A program made the translations under genes and the position numbers. Below, in pieces: positions 10,348-19,102 of a DNA stretch of 55,942 nucleotides; position 1 is the first letter of the stretch; every line of letters starts with the position of its first letter. The notes below the pieces were generated by a model. That model saw nothing but the letters and a program-made list of their open reading frames with translations. It was not told the DNA's origin and did no database searches. Origin of the DNA: Deltaproteobacteria bacterium (lineage in GTDB: Bacteria > Desulfobacterota > DSM-4660 > Desulfatiglandales > HGW-15); the NCBI GenBank assembly GCA_016930795.1, contig JAFGFY010000057.1, forward strand, positions 1 to 55,942. The letters run 5' to 3'.

Positions 10348-11724
10348 ATGCCTCAGGCAATAGAAAAGACAACTCCCTCACGGGTCAAGGTCCCCCCTCA
10401 CAATATAGAGGCTGAGCAGGCCATCTTGGCCGGTATTCTGATCAATAACGATTCTTTGAATCAGATCGTGGACATCCTATTTTCTGATGATTTCTATCGT
10501 GAAGCCCACATGCATCTGTTTGAAGGGATGGTCAGTCTCTATAACAACAATGAGCCCGTCGATCTCATTACTCTCTCCCAATATCTTTCGGCAAAGAATC
10601 TTCTTGAAAAAACCGGGGGTACGGACTATTTGGCATCTCTGGTTGATGCGGTTTCTACTTCCGCCGGCATCCGGTACCATGCCGAAATCGTGAGAGACCT
10701 CTCCGTGCGAAGAAAGCTGATCAGTCAGTGTTCCATCATCTCCGAGTCCTGTTTTCAGGGTTGGCAGGAAACGGATGACCTCCTTGATCAGGCAGAGCAG
10801 TCCATCTTTGATATTGCGGAGCAAAAGGTGGGGGAAGGCTTTTCCTCCATGAAACAGGTCATCAAGAGCAGCTTCAAGAAACTCGAAAGCGTATCAGAAC
10901 ATGAGGGCTTTGTTACGGGAGTGCCCACGGATTTTGCCGACTTTGACCGGTTGACCGCGGGCTTGCAGCCTTCCGATCTGATTATCATCGCGGGAAGACC
11001 CAGTATGGGAAAAACCGCGTTGGCCCTCAACATCGGCTACAATGCCGCGGCAAAGACAAAGAAGGCGGTGGCTGTATTTTCTCTGGAGATGGCCGACCTT
11101 CAACTGGGACTGCGGTTGCTTGGCTTTCATTCGGGCATAGACGCCACTAAATTAAGGACCGGTTCCTTGAAAGACACGGACTGGATGAAACTCACGGAAT
11201 CGGCCAATACTCTATCTGAGCTTCCCATCTTTATCGACGATACTTCAGGGCTTAGTGTCCTTGAAATGAAGGCCAAATGCAGAAGGCTCGCCAAAAAGCA
11301 TGATATCTGCCTTGTGATCATCGATTACCTGCAGTTGCTTCAGGGCAGAAGAACGGCAGAGTCAAGACAGCTGGAAATCTCTGAAATATCTAGATCTTTA
11401 AAGGCTTTGGCCAAGGACTTGAATGTCCCGGTCTTAGCCTTGTCGCAGCTTAACAGGAAAGTGGAAGATCGCCCCAACAAAAAGCCCCAACTCGCGGATT
11501 TGAGGGAAAGTGGGGCTATCGAGCAGGATGCCGATGTCATTGCGTTCATCTACAGGGATGAATTGTATCACCCTACCACTGAAGAAAACCAGAATGTGGC
11601 TGAGATCATCGTAGCCAAACAGCGAAACGGGCCTACCGGCTACTTCAAACTTCATTTCCAAAAGGAACGTACCCGCTTTAGAGACTATGTGGATGAGGAC
11701 CGATATCGGGAGGGCTACGAATAG
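10348..11724 (+). CDS. dnaB: replicative DNA helicase DnaB
   Basis: PPHNIEAEQAILAGIL N-terminus, Walker A GRPSMGKTALALN, IIDYLQL, SQLNR, RESGAIEQDAD. Confidence 0.97.
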   Translation: MPQAIEKTTPSRVKVPPHNIEAEQAILAGILINNDSLNQIVDILFSDDFYREAHMHLFEGMVSLYNNNEPVDLITLSQYLSAKNLLEKTGGTDYLASLVDAVSTSAGIRYHAEIVRDLSVRRKLISQCSIISESCFQGWQETDDLLDQAEQSIFDIAEQKVGEGFSSMKQVIKSSFKKLESVSEHEGFVTGVPTDFADFDRLTAGLQPSDLIIIAGRPSMGKTALALNIGYNAAAKTKKAVAVFSLEMADLQLGLRLLGFHSGIDATKLRTGSLKDTDWMKLTESANTLSELPIFIDDTSGLSVLEMKAKCRRLAKKHDICLVIIDYLQLLQGRRTAESRQLEISEISRSLKALAKDLNVPVLALSQLNRKVEDRPNKKPQLADLRESGAIEQDADVIAFIYRDELYHPTTEENQNVAEIIVAKQRNGPTGYFKLHFQKERTRFRDYVDEDRYREGYE

Positions 11725-12591
11725 CTAGTATTCGTTTGGTAGTTCCTTCAATTGTGCCAGGGAAAAGACCGGTCCATCTTTACACACATATTGATCCCCA
11801 ATATTGCACCGGCCACAGATGCCGATTCCACATTTCATCCGCATCTCTAGCGAAAGAATGATCCGCTCGCTGGGAAACCCCAGTTTTTCAAGAACAGGCT
11901 GGGTGAACTTAATCATAATGGGAGGACCGCATACCAGGGCAATGGCATTTTCCGCGCTGGTAATCTTCTGCTCCGTAACGGTGGGAACAAAACCCACATT
12001 GTACTTCCAGTCTGGATCATCGGTGCCGTCTACTGTGATGTGCATCTTGATATCATCCCGTTGTTCCCATTGGTCCAGTTCATATCGGTAGAGCAGCAAG
12101 CCCGGCGTCCTAGCGCCGTATACCACGGAGATGTCTTTGAACTTTTTCCGGTTTTCCGGCTGTATCATATAGACGATGCTAGACCGTAAAGTAGTGAAGG
12201 CGAACCCACCGCCGATAATAACCACATTCTTGCCTTCCATCTCGTCCCAGGGGTACGAGTTTCCCAGGGGCCCCCTAATGCCCATCACATCTCCTTCTTT
12301 CATGTTGTGAAGATGCTTTGTGACAAGCCCCACCCTGTTGATGGTGAACTTCAGATACCCCTTTTCCGTTGGAGAAGACGCGATGCCGATTGGGACCTCC
12401 CCTTTTCCTGCCACGGACAACTCGGCGAACTGTCCCGGGATATATGAAAATTTCTCTTCATCTTCAGGGTTAATGAAGACAAGCTTGAAGGTTTTGAGGT
12501 TTTTATCCTCCGTTTCAGTTGTAATCTCATCTATCCTGACCGGATATGGAAGATAGGGATTTTCCAATTGAATACTCCGTTTATTGAGCAA
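11725..12591 (-). CDS. FAD/NAD(P)-binding oxidoreductase with C-terminal 2Fe-2S site (FlxA / AsrB / HydG-like)
   Basis: 288 aa. Ferredoxin-reductase-type fold (IPGQFAELSV, VIIGGGFAFTTLRS) and a CGIGICGRC...C motif. Confidence 0.85.
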   Translation of the reverse strand: MLNKRSIQLENPYLPYPVRIDEITTETEDKNLKTFKLVFINPEDEEKFSYIPGQFAELSVAGKGEVPIGIASSPTEKGYLKFTINRVGLVTKHLHNMKEGDVMGIRGPLGNSYPWDEMEGKNVVIIGGGFAFTTLRSSIVYMIQPENRKKFKDISVVYGARTPGLLLYRYELDQWEQRDDIKMHITVDGTDDPDWKYNVGFVPTVTEQKITSAENAIALVCGPPIMIKFTQPVLEKLGFPSERIILSLEMRMKCGIGICGRCNIGDQYVCKDGPVFSLAQLKELPNEY

Positions 12592-13624
12592 AGTCGTTCA
12601 TCAACTTAGCGACATGTCTTATGTCTATATTGACCGGGCAATAGCGCACACATCGTCCACAACCCGAGCACTGTACACCATCTTCATATTTGTCCACGTA
12701 ATACTTCAATTTGTGCATAAAGCGCTGACGCACGCGCTGACACTTTTCACTTCTGGGATTATGGCCTGATCCTTCCAGTGTAAACAGGGGACTCATGCAG
12801 CTATCCCAGTTCCGAATGCGGTCCCCTTCTTTTCCAAGGACCTCGTCCTGGATGTCAAAGCACCAGCACGTTGGGCAGAGGTACGTACAGGTTCCACAGT
12901 TGATACAGGCAAAGGCCACTTCCTCCCAGAAGGGCGCTTCAAAGAGTTCAGTGACCACTTTGTCCCTTAATTTCCCGGTAGGGATGCTGGAAGTGACCTT
13001 CTCCAGGGAGGATCTTGCCTTGGCCTCAGCCTTGTCGGAAAGCGTGTCATCAGCCATTCTCCCTTGACCGAGTTTATTTATAAAGGTCTCCCCTTTCTGG
13101 GTAATCGGTTTTACAAGAAAAACATCCTCAAGATCGTGAAGAATGACGTCCAGCCCCCTTTCGCTGAAAGGCCCGCCGCCGACCGAAGTGCAAAAACAGG
13201 TCGAGCAAGGCTCATTACAGCCGAGGCCAACAAGGATCGTGGATTCAAGACGCTTGACCCACCAAGGGTCTTTGTATTGTGGATTGTCAAAATTGACATT
13301 GACCAGTTGGAGGGCATGGGCATCACATGGCCGAATGCCGACCACGGCCTGTGGATAAAAATCCTTGGGTGTCTCCTTGACAATATGGGCCTCCCCGTCC
13401 TTTTCGTCTAGGCTGTACTCAAACATGCGCTCGGACTGGGGGAAGATCAGCGATTTCGGAGAAAGCCTCGTGTTCTGGAACTCAAAATCCGGGGCCGTCT
13501 CATCGGATAGAAGCTCGAAGGCGTGAAAATCCTTATGCTTGACTGGCAGGTAGATCCGATAATCATCCTTCGCCCCCTTTAAAGCACGCACCCATTCCTC
13601 TTTAGTGAAAATCTTGGTTACCAT
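12581..13624 (-). CDS. iron-sulfur protein, AsrA/HydB type (FlxB-like)
   Basis: 347 aa. Motifs CINCGTCTYLCPTCWC and CSGCGRCVRYCP. An 11-nt overlap with the downstream gene start indicates translational coupling. Confidence 0.8.
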   Translation of the reverse strand: MVTKIFTKEEWVRALKGAKDDYRIYLPVKHKDFHAFELLSDETAPDFEFQNTRLSPKSLIFPQSERMFEYSLDEKDGEAHIVKETPKDFYPQAVVGIRPCDAHALQLVNVNFDNPQYKDPWWVKRLESTILVGLGCNEPCSTCFCTSVGGGPFSERGLDVILHDLEDVFLVKPITQKGETFINKLGQGRMADDTLSDKAEAKARSSLEKVTSSIPTGKLRDKVVTELFEAPFWEEVAFACINCGTCTYLCPTCWCFDIQDEVLGKEGDRIRNWDSCMSPLFTLEGSGHNPRSEKCQRVRQRFMHKLKYYVDKYEDGVQCSGCGRCVRYCPVNIDIRHVAKLMNDFAQ

Positions 13625-13656
13625 TGATTCAATCCTTTTTCGAGAACAGCGCCCTG

Positions 13657-14607
13657 CTACTCAACAAAGTCATTGTAGTCGTCCACGCGATAGACGTCCA
13701 GGGGAGGCCTTTGATCCAAACTCAGACCCGCCTCCCAGGAGAAGAGATCCAAGGCATCCTTGTTGAGTTTCTTGGTGAAATGCCTGACGGGGATTCCCAC
13801 AGGGCATGCCCTCTCGCAGGCACCGCAATCAGTGCAGCGACCGGCGCAGTGATATGCCCTCAGGAAATGAAAGGTCATCGTGTCTGTAGGGTCGATGCTT
13901 TTCCCCACCCATTGGGGATCGGATTCGTCCACGAAACAAGTAGGGCAGTAACACAACGGGCAGGCGTTGCGGCAGGCATAGCAACGAATACAAGGGGATA
14001 CCAAATCTGCGAAGAAGGACCATTTCTCCCGGGCGCTCATCCTCTCAATCTCTTCCACATCCTTGAAGGGATTGATTCCCTCCGGTATCTTCACATTCTC
14101 GCCGACCATTTCATCATATACCACGGGGTTGGGGTGAAGGCACACCGCACAGTTTGTTTGCAGAAAATCCTTTTTCTCGAAGGTTTTTTCGAAGTCTTTA
14201 CCTCTGACGGTAAATCGACCTTCGCTCTCCTCGACCGCGAGAATCTCCCGATCATTCACGGCCCGCTTGACAGCCCTGTGGTCGATCATGCCGGTACAGG
14301 GAATCCCTATAATATAAAGCTGTTCCCGCTTGATCTGATTCTCCACGATGTGTGTGACGATATTACGGGAGTTACAGCCATTGGCAATAATGCCGATTCT
14401 TTCTTTCCGCCCTGTAAGATAGTTGCAGAGATTAAGGGCGCAATGGCTATCCCAGATGAGGTTTTCCACATTATTAGGATCTCTAATAAGCACCGGCTCA
14501 TTCACCATGGGGATCGACCCCTTTTTGTAGCCGATAATCACGTCCGCCTTCCCGTCTTCCAGTAGTCCCTTGGCGATTTCTCTTATTTTCGTTTCATACT
14601 CGGGCAT
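13657..14607 (-). CDS. iron-sulfur protein with the same HydB/AsrA-type C-terminal cluster domain (FlxC-like)
   Basis: 316 aa. Motifs CIRCYACRNACPLCYCPTC and CTDCGACERACP. Its start ATG shares a base with the mvhD stop (TAATG). Confidence 0.75.
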   Translation of the reverse strand: MPEYETKIREIAKGLLEDGKADVIIGYKKGSIPMVNEPVLIRDPNNVENLIWDSHCALNLCNYLTGRKERIGIIANGCNSRNIVTHIVENQIKREQLYIIGIPCTGMIDHRAVKRAVNDREILAVEESEGRFTVRGKDFEKTFEKKDFLQTNCAVCLHPNPVVYDEMVGENVKIPEGINPFKDVEEIERMSAREKWSFFADLVSPCIRCYACRNACPLCYCPTCFVDESDPQWVGKSIDPTDTMTFHFLRAYHCAGRCTDCGACERACPVGIPVRHFTKKLNKDALDLFSWEAGLSLDQRPPLDVYRVDDYNDFVE

Positions 14608-15038
14608 TACGCTACCTTAGCCTTTCTTTTGATGAGATGCTCGGAAGGCCCTGCCTCCTTGACTGCCCGAATGACCTCTTTGGCTACCTCGGCGAACTTT
14701 GAGCCTTCGGCTGAAGAGATCCAGGAGAAGTGCAATCTACCCGGTTTGATGCCGATGTGTTCCAGGAGGTTCTTTAACAGGATGAATTTCCGCCGTGCAT
14801 AGTAATTACCTTCCAGGTAATGGCAGTCCCCGGGGTGTCACCCGGAAACCCACACCCCGTCAGCACCGTGTCTTAAGGCGGCCAAGATGAACTTGGGACT
14901 CACTCTGGCAGAACAGGGCAGGCGAACAACCCTGATATTGGACGGGTATTGGATTCGACTCACACCCGCGAGATCGGCCGCACCGTAGCTGCACCAGTTA
15001 CAGAGGAAAGCCGTAATTTTGGGTTCCCATTCATTCAT
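14607..15038 (-). CDS. mvhD: MvhD/FlxD-like 2Fe-2S electron-transfer protein, selenocysteine-containing (143 aa, U at codon 67)
   Basis: Track ORF 14838..15038 stops at TGA 14838-14840. The same frame continues to TAA 14607-14609. Readthrough gives [35 protein letters not shown], the MvhD G(C/U)HxGDCHY motif. Confidence 0.85.
14805..14821 (-). promoter_or_regulatory. candidate bacterial SECIS hairpin for the mvhD UGA
   Basis: mRNA AUUACC-UGGAA-GGUAAU (6-bp stem, G-containing loop) begins 16 nt after the UGA. Confidence 0.4.
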
Positions 15039-15101
15039 TCATATACTCCTCAGTGCTCTTCGTAAATCCGATGGTATGCATTTGATCTTCCATCGAATCC
15101 C

Positions 15102-18100
15102 TCAGACTTCATTAATCATGGCCATAATCTGGTCTGTGCCGAACCCCTTGAGGTTGATCGCCCCGGACCTGCAAGAGGCAACGCAAAGCCCGCATCCCTT
15201 GCACAAACCCGGGTTGATCTCTGCGCATCCCGCGTACGGTCCTTCCTCTGTAAAGGAGGGCGCGGAGTAAGGGCAGATCGCTACACAGATCCCACAGCTG
15301 CTGCAAAACGCAGGATTGACCTTTGCCACCGTCCCGCTGACCTGTATTCTCTCCTTGGACAACAGGGTTATTGCCCTTGTTGCCGCGGCCTGGGCCTGAG
15401 ATATGGATTCATCGACAGGCTTGGGGGCATGAGCCAGCCCGCATATAAAAACGCCGTCTGTCGCGCAATCAACAGGCCGCAGTTTCACATGAGCCTCTAC
15501 AAAAAACCCATCATCGTCCAGGGTAACCTTATACATTTGTGACAGTGGATTTTCCTTCTGGGGGACGATAGCCGAAGCGAGAACCAGAAGGTCAGGACGG
15601 ATCTCCATCTCTCTCCTGATCGCCGTATCCGTGAATCGGATCCGAATGTCTTCTCGCTCCCGATCGACGTTCAATCCTCTATCGGGATCGTATCGGATAA
15701 ACTGAATCCCTTTGGCCCTGGCATCGCGGTACAAGTCCTCCCTTAGACCGTATGTACGCATGTCTCTGTGGAGGATAAAGATGTCCGTTTCCGCGTTTAT
15801 TTCTTTGAGTTTCAGTGCATTATATACCGAGTGAGTGCAGCAGGTCTTCGAGCAATAGGGGCGTTCCGGTATGCGTGAGCCGACACATTGGACAAAAACG
15901 GCAGACCTCAACTTGGAGATCGAGTCATCGTTCTTCATGAATCTGTCATCCAGTTCCAGACCTGTCACCACACGGGGGTCTTCTCCGTAAAGATACTCGT
16001 CAGGTTTGAATTCCGAGGCACCCGTTGCAATAATCGTCACACCATGCTTTAGCACCTCTTCCTTGGTTCCCGTTTGAACCGTCGTCTCAAAATTACCGAC
16101 AAAGCCAATCACTGATTTGATTTCCGCATTTAGATAAACATCAATCCGGTCATCGGACTGGACTTCGGCGATCATTTTGGTCAGCTTTTCCTGAATGCTC
16201 TCACCCCGCCATGTTTCATGGAGGTATTTGGCCTGCCCTCCAAGACCTGCCTCCTTTTCAACCAAATAAGTATGGTAACCCTGCCCGGAAAGAGCCCTTG
16301 CAGCGGTTATACCGGCGATACCGCCCCCAATAACGAGGGCGGACTGGTTGATCTCTAGGGTGGGTTCGGCTAAGGGCTCCAGCAAACTCACTTTAGCGAC
16401 GGCCATGCGGACCAGGTCTTTTGCCTTTTCCGTTGCTGATTCAGGATCCGCAGCATGGACCCATGAGCACTGGTTTCGGATATTGGCCATCTCAAAAAGG
16501 TATTTGTTAATCCCAGCATCGGTGATTGTCTCCTGAAAGAGCGGTTCATGGGTCTTTGGGGTGCAAGCCGCAACGACCAGTCGATTCAAGCGCTCCTCTT
16601 TAATCACCCGAGCCATCTTTTCCTGGGTGTCCTGAGAACAGCTAAACATATTATCTTCTACATAGACGACCCCGGGCAAGTCTCGGGCAGAATCAACGAC
16701 AGAGGGGACATCCACGACACCGGCAATATTGGTCCCACACTTACAAATAAACACGCCGATCCGAATCGGTTCGCCTCTCACATCGGTCTCTTCCGGGACC
16801 TCCTTTGTCTTTGTGAGGCTCCAGCGCGATCCGCTCAAACGAGTTCCCGCCACACCTGCGGCTGCGCTCGACTCCACAACTGAGGAGGGAATATCCTTTG
16901 GTCCCTCAAAAGCACCACAGACATAGACGCCGGGACGAGAAGTCAGTACGGGTTCAAAGCATGAAGTGGACACAAAACCGTAACCGTCAAGCTCAATGCC
17001 AAATCGATGGGCAAGATCAAGAGCGTCCTTGCTCGCACCGAGACCGACGGATAGAACCACTATATCGAATTCCTCTTCAACTCTCTTACCCGTTTCGTCA
17101 ACATACCGAATGAGTTGTTTACCTTTATCCCTAAGGGGCACGATGTTGGTAATTCTTGACTTTATAAATCGGATCCCGGCATTTCGACCTCGGTTATAGT
17201 ATCTTTCAAAGTCCTTTCCGTGGGTACGAACATCCATATAGAAGATTGCGGTGTCCAGCGCCCCCTTGCTGTGTTCTTTTGCCAGCATTGCTTCCTTGAT
17301 GGCATAGGTGCAACAGACCGCGGAACAGTAGTTCTTGGCCCCAATATGCGTATCGCGTGAACCGATACATTGGAGCCATGCGATTTTTTCAGGCGGTTTC
17401 TCATCGGACGGTCTTACAAGATGTCCTCCGTAAGGACCGGATGAGGAAAGGATTCTTTCAAATTCCAAACTCGTGACGACGTCTGGAGTTTTTCCGTAGC
17501 CATAGACGTCATGGGTTGCCGGATCATAGGTCGTACATCCACTGGTAATGATGGCCGCGCCTACCCTAATCGTCCTATCCTTCTTTTGGTCGTCAAAATT
17601 GATGGCACCCGTAGGACAGTATTTTTCACAGGCCCTGCATTTCCCCTTTTGGATGTAGATGCATTGTTCCGGATCGATGGCGTACTTGAGTGGAACGGCT
17701 TGAGCATACTTCACATAGGCCGCCTTACGCGTGCTCAATCCTTCGTCATATTCATTGATCACCTTTTTCGGACATTTCTCCGCGCACATGCCGCAGGCAA
17801 TACACTTATCCATATCTATATAGCGGGGGTACTGGGTAAGGCGTACTTCAAAGTTCCCCTCCTCCCCGGATATATCTTTCACTTCACATAGAGTAAGAAG
17901 CTCTATATTGATATGCCGGCCGACCTCGACCAGTTTCGGAGAGATAATTCACATGGCACAATCATTGGTGGGAAAGGTCTTGTCCAGTTGTGACATGATC
18001 CCGCCAATGGATGTGGATCTCTCAATGAGATAGACATAAAATCCGGTGTCAGCGAGATCCAACGCCGCTTGCATTCCGGCAATCCCTCCGCCAACAACCA

Positions 18101-18128
18101 TCACTGAACCGATGCCCTCTTGTGACAT
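15102..18128 (-). CDS. hdrA: HdrA-like heterodisulfide-reductase flavoprotein, selenocysteine-containing, fused two-module form (1008 codons)
   Basis: The frame of track ORF 15102..17882 stays open up to ATG 18128 (GGAG RBS, 8 nt after the hdrB stop), apart from TGA 17949-17951. The N-terminus reads [27 protein letters not shown]...[19 protein letters not shown]. Confidence 0.85.
17916..17933 (-). promoter_or_regulatory. candidate bacterial SECIS hairpin for the hdrA UGA
   Basis: mRNA CUGGUCG-AGGU-CGGCCGG (7-bp stem including two G.U pairs, GGU-containing loop) begins 15 nt after the UGA. Confidence 0.45.
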
Positions 18129-18136
18129 TTTTTCTC

Positions 18137-19006
18137 CTATGACAAAAATGCTTCTATTCCAGTTACGTCTATTCTGTTCATATCCATTCCCAGTTTCTCC
18201 CTATCTATCCCCATAGCGAGTCCCAGCAACTGTGGGTATAGTATGCTGGGAAGATGATGGTTCATGGCCCGCTGGGAGGCCATCATTTCCTGAACACTAT
18301 CAAATTGGGTCTGGCACCAGGGGCACGCAACACAGATAAAGTCAGCCCCGGAATCCTTTCCATTCCTTAACTTCTTTTCCGCCAGATCCATGGAAAGCTC
18401 ATCATTGATCCCCATGAGTGGCGCACCACAGCACTCAAGCTTCAGCGACCAGTCGATGCTTTTGGCACCCGTAGCCTCCACAAGTTGATCAAACAAGACG
18501 GGTGCTGTAGGATCATCAAACCCCATAATATCGCTGGGTCGTAGTGCATGGCATCCGTAGTGGGTCGCAATTTTGAGATCTTTAAATGCCCGTGTTGTTT
18601 TCTCCTTGAGTTCCGCCGGACCTATTTCCCTATGAAGTACCGAGAGCAGGTGTGTAACATCAAGGGTGCCCTTATACTCCAGATTCTCTTGTGCCAGATA
18701 TCTATTGATTTCATCACGAAGGGCTCCTTCCTCCTTTAGAATATGATTCGCTTTTCTCAAGCTGCCAAAGCAGCACTTACAGAGCGTCATCACGTTTAAC
18801 CCCTGTCTTTCAGCTAAGGCCAGATTTCGGGCTGAAAAGAGGACCGAGGTTTCGAAGTCCAGGTTCTTCATGGGATAACCACAACAATTGAATTCGTGAA
18901 TATCCGCCAACTCGACGCCGAGTGTTTCCAGAACCGCTCTCGCAGAGACTTCATAATGCTGAACACGGCGAGGGATCGTACATCCGATAAACAATGCGAA
19001 TTTCAT
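18137..19006 (-). CDS. hdrB: HdrB-like subunit with two CCG domains
   Basis: 289 aa; NCCGYP and ECCGAP motifs plus CVACPWC. Confidence 0.9.
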   Translation of the reverse strand: MKFALFIGCTIPRRVQHYEVSARAVLETLGVELADIHEFNCCGYPMKNLDFETSVLFSARNLALAERQGLNVMTLCKCCFGSLRKANHILKEEGALRDEINRYLAQENLEYKGTLDVTHLLSVLHREIGPAELKEKTTRAFKDLKIATHYGCHALRPSDIMGFDDPTAPVLFDQLVEATGAKSIDWSLKLECCGAPLMGINDELSMDLAEKKLRNGKDSGADFICVACPWCQTQFDSVQEMMASQRAMNHHLPSILYPQLLGLAMGIDREKLGMDMNRIDVTGIEAFLS

Positions 19007-19102
19007 ATTCTCTTTCCCATCATCTACGCCCTATATATGTTTCGCCATCGAGACAGTGACCGCTTAATACGCTCATATCCATTACAATGGCGAACCATCG
19101 GG

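Noticed and set aside
11722-11727. The dnaB stop and the FlxA-like stop abut with zero spacing (TAGCTA), leaving no room for terminators.
   Set aside because: Convergent genes with abutting or overlapping stops are common in compact genomes, and no further signal was found.
13624-14565. Long plus-strand ORF (313 aa) antisense to the FlxC-like gene. Similar antisense ORFs occur at 19577..20152, 29590..30096, 37054..37581, 46346..46861 and 6237..6692.
   Set aside because: Each lies fully inside a well-supported gene on the opposite strand and has low-complexity, Arg/Gly/His/Pro-rich composition with no motifs. These are typical shadow ORFs.
17903-18097. Track ORF (64 aa, minus strand) between hdrB and the 926-aa hdrA ORF.
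   Set aside because: It is out of frame with, and fully overlapped by, the HdrA N-terminal extension, which encodes the GxGxxG and DCAMU motifs. It is an artefact of treating UGA as a stop.
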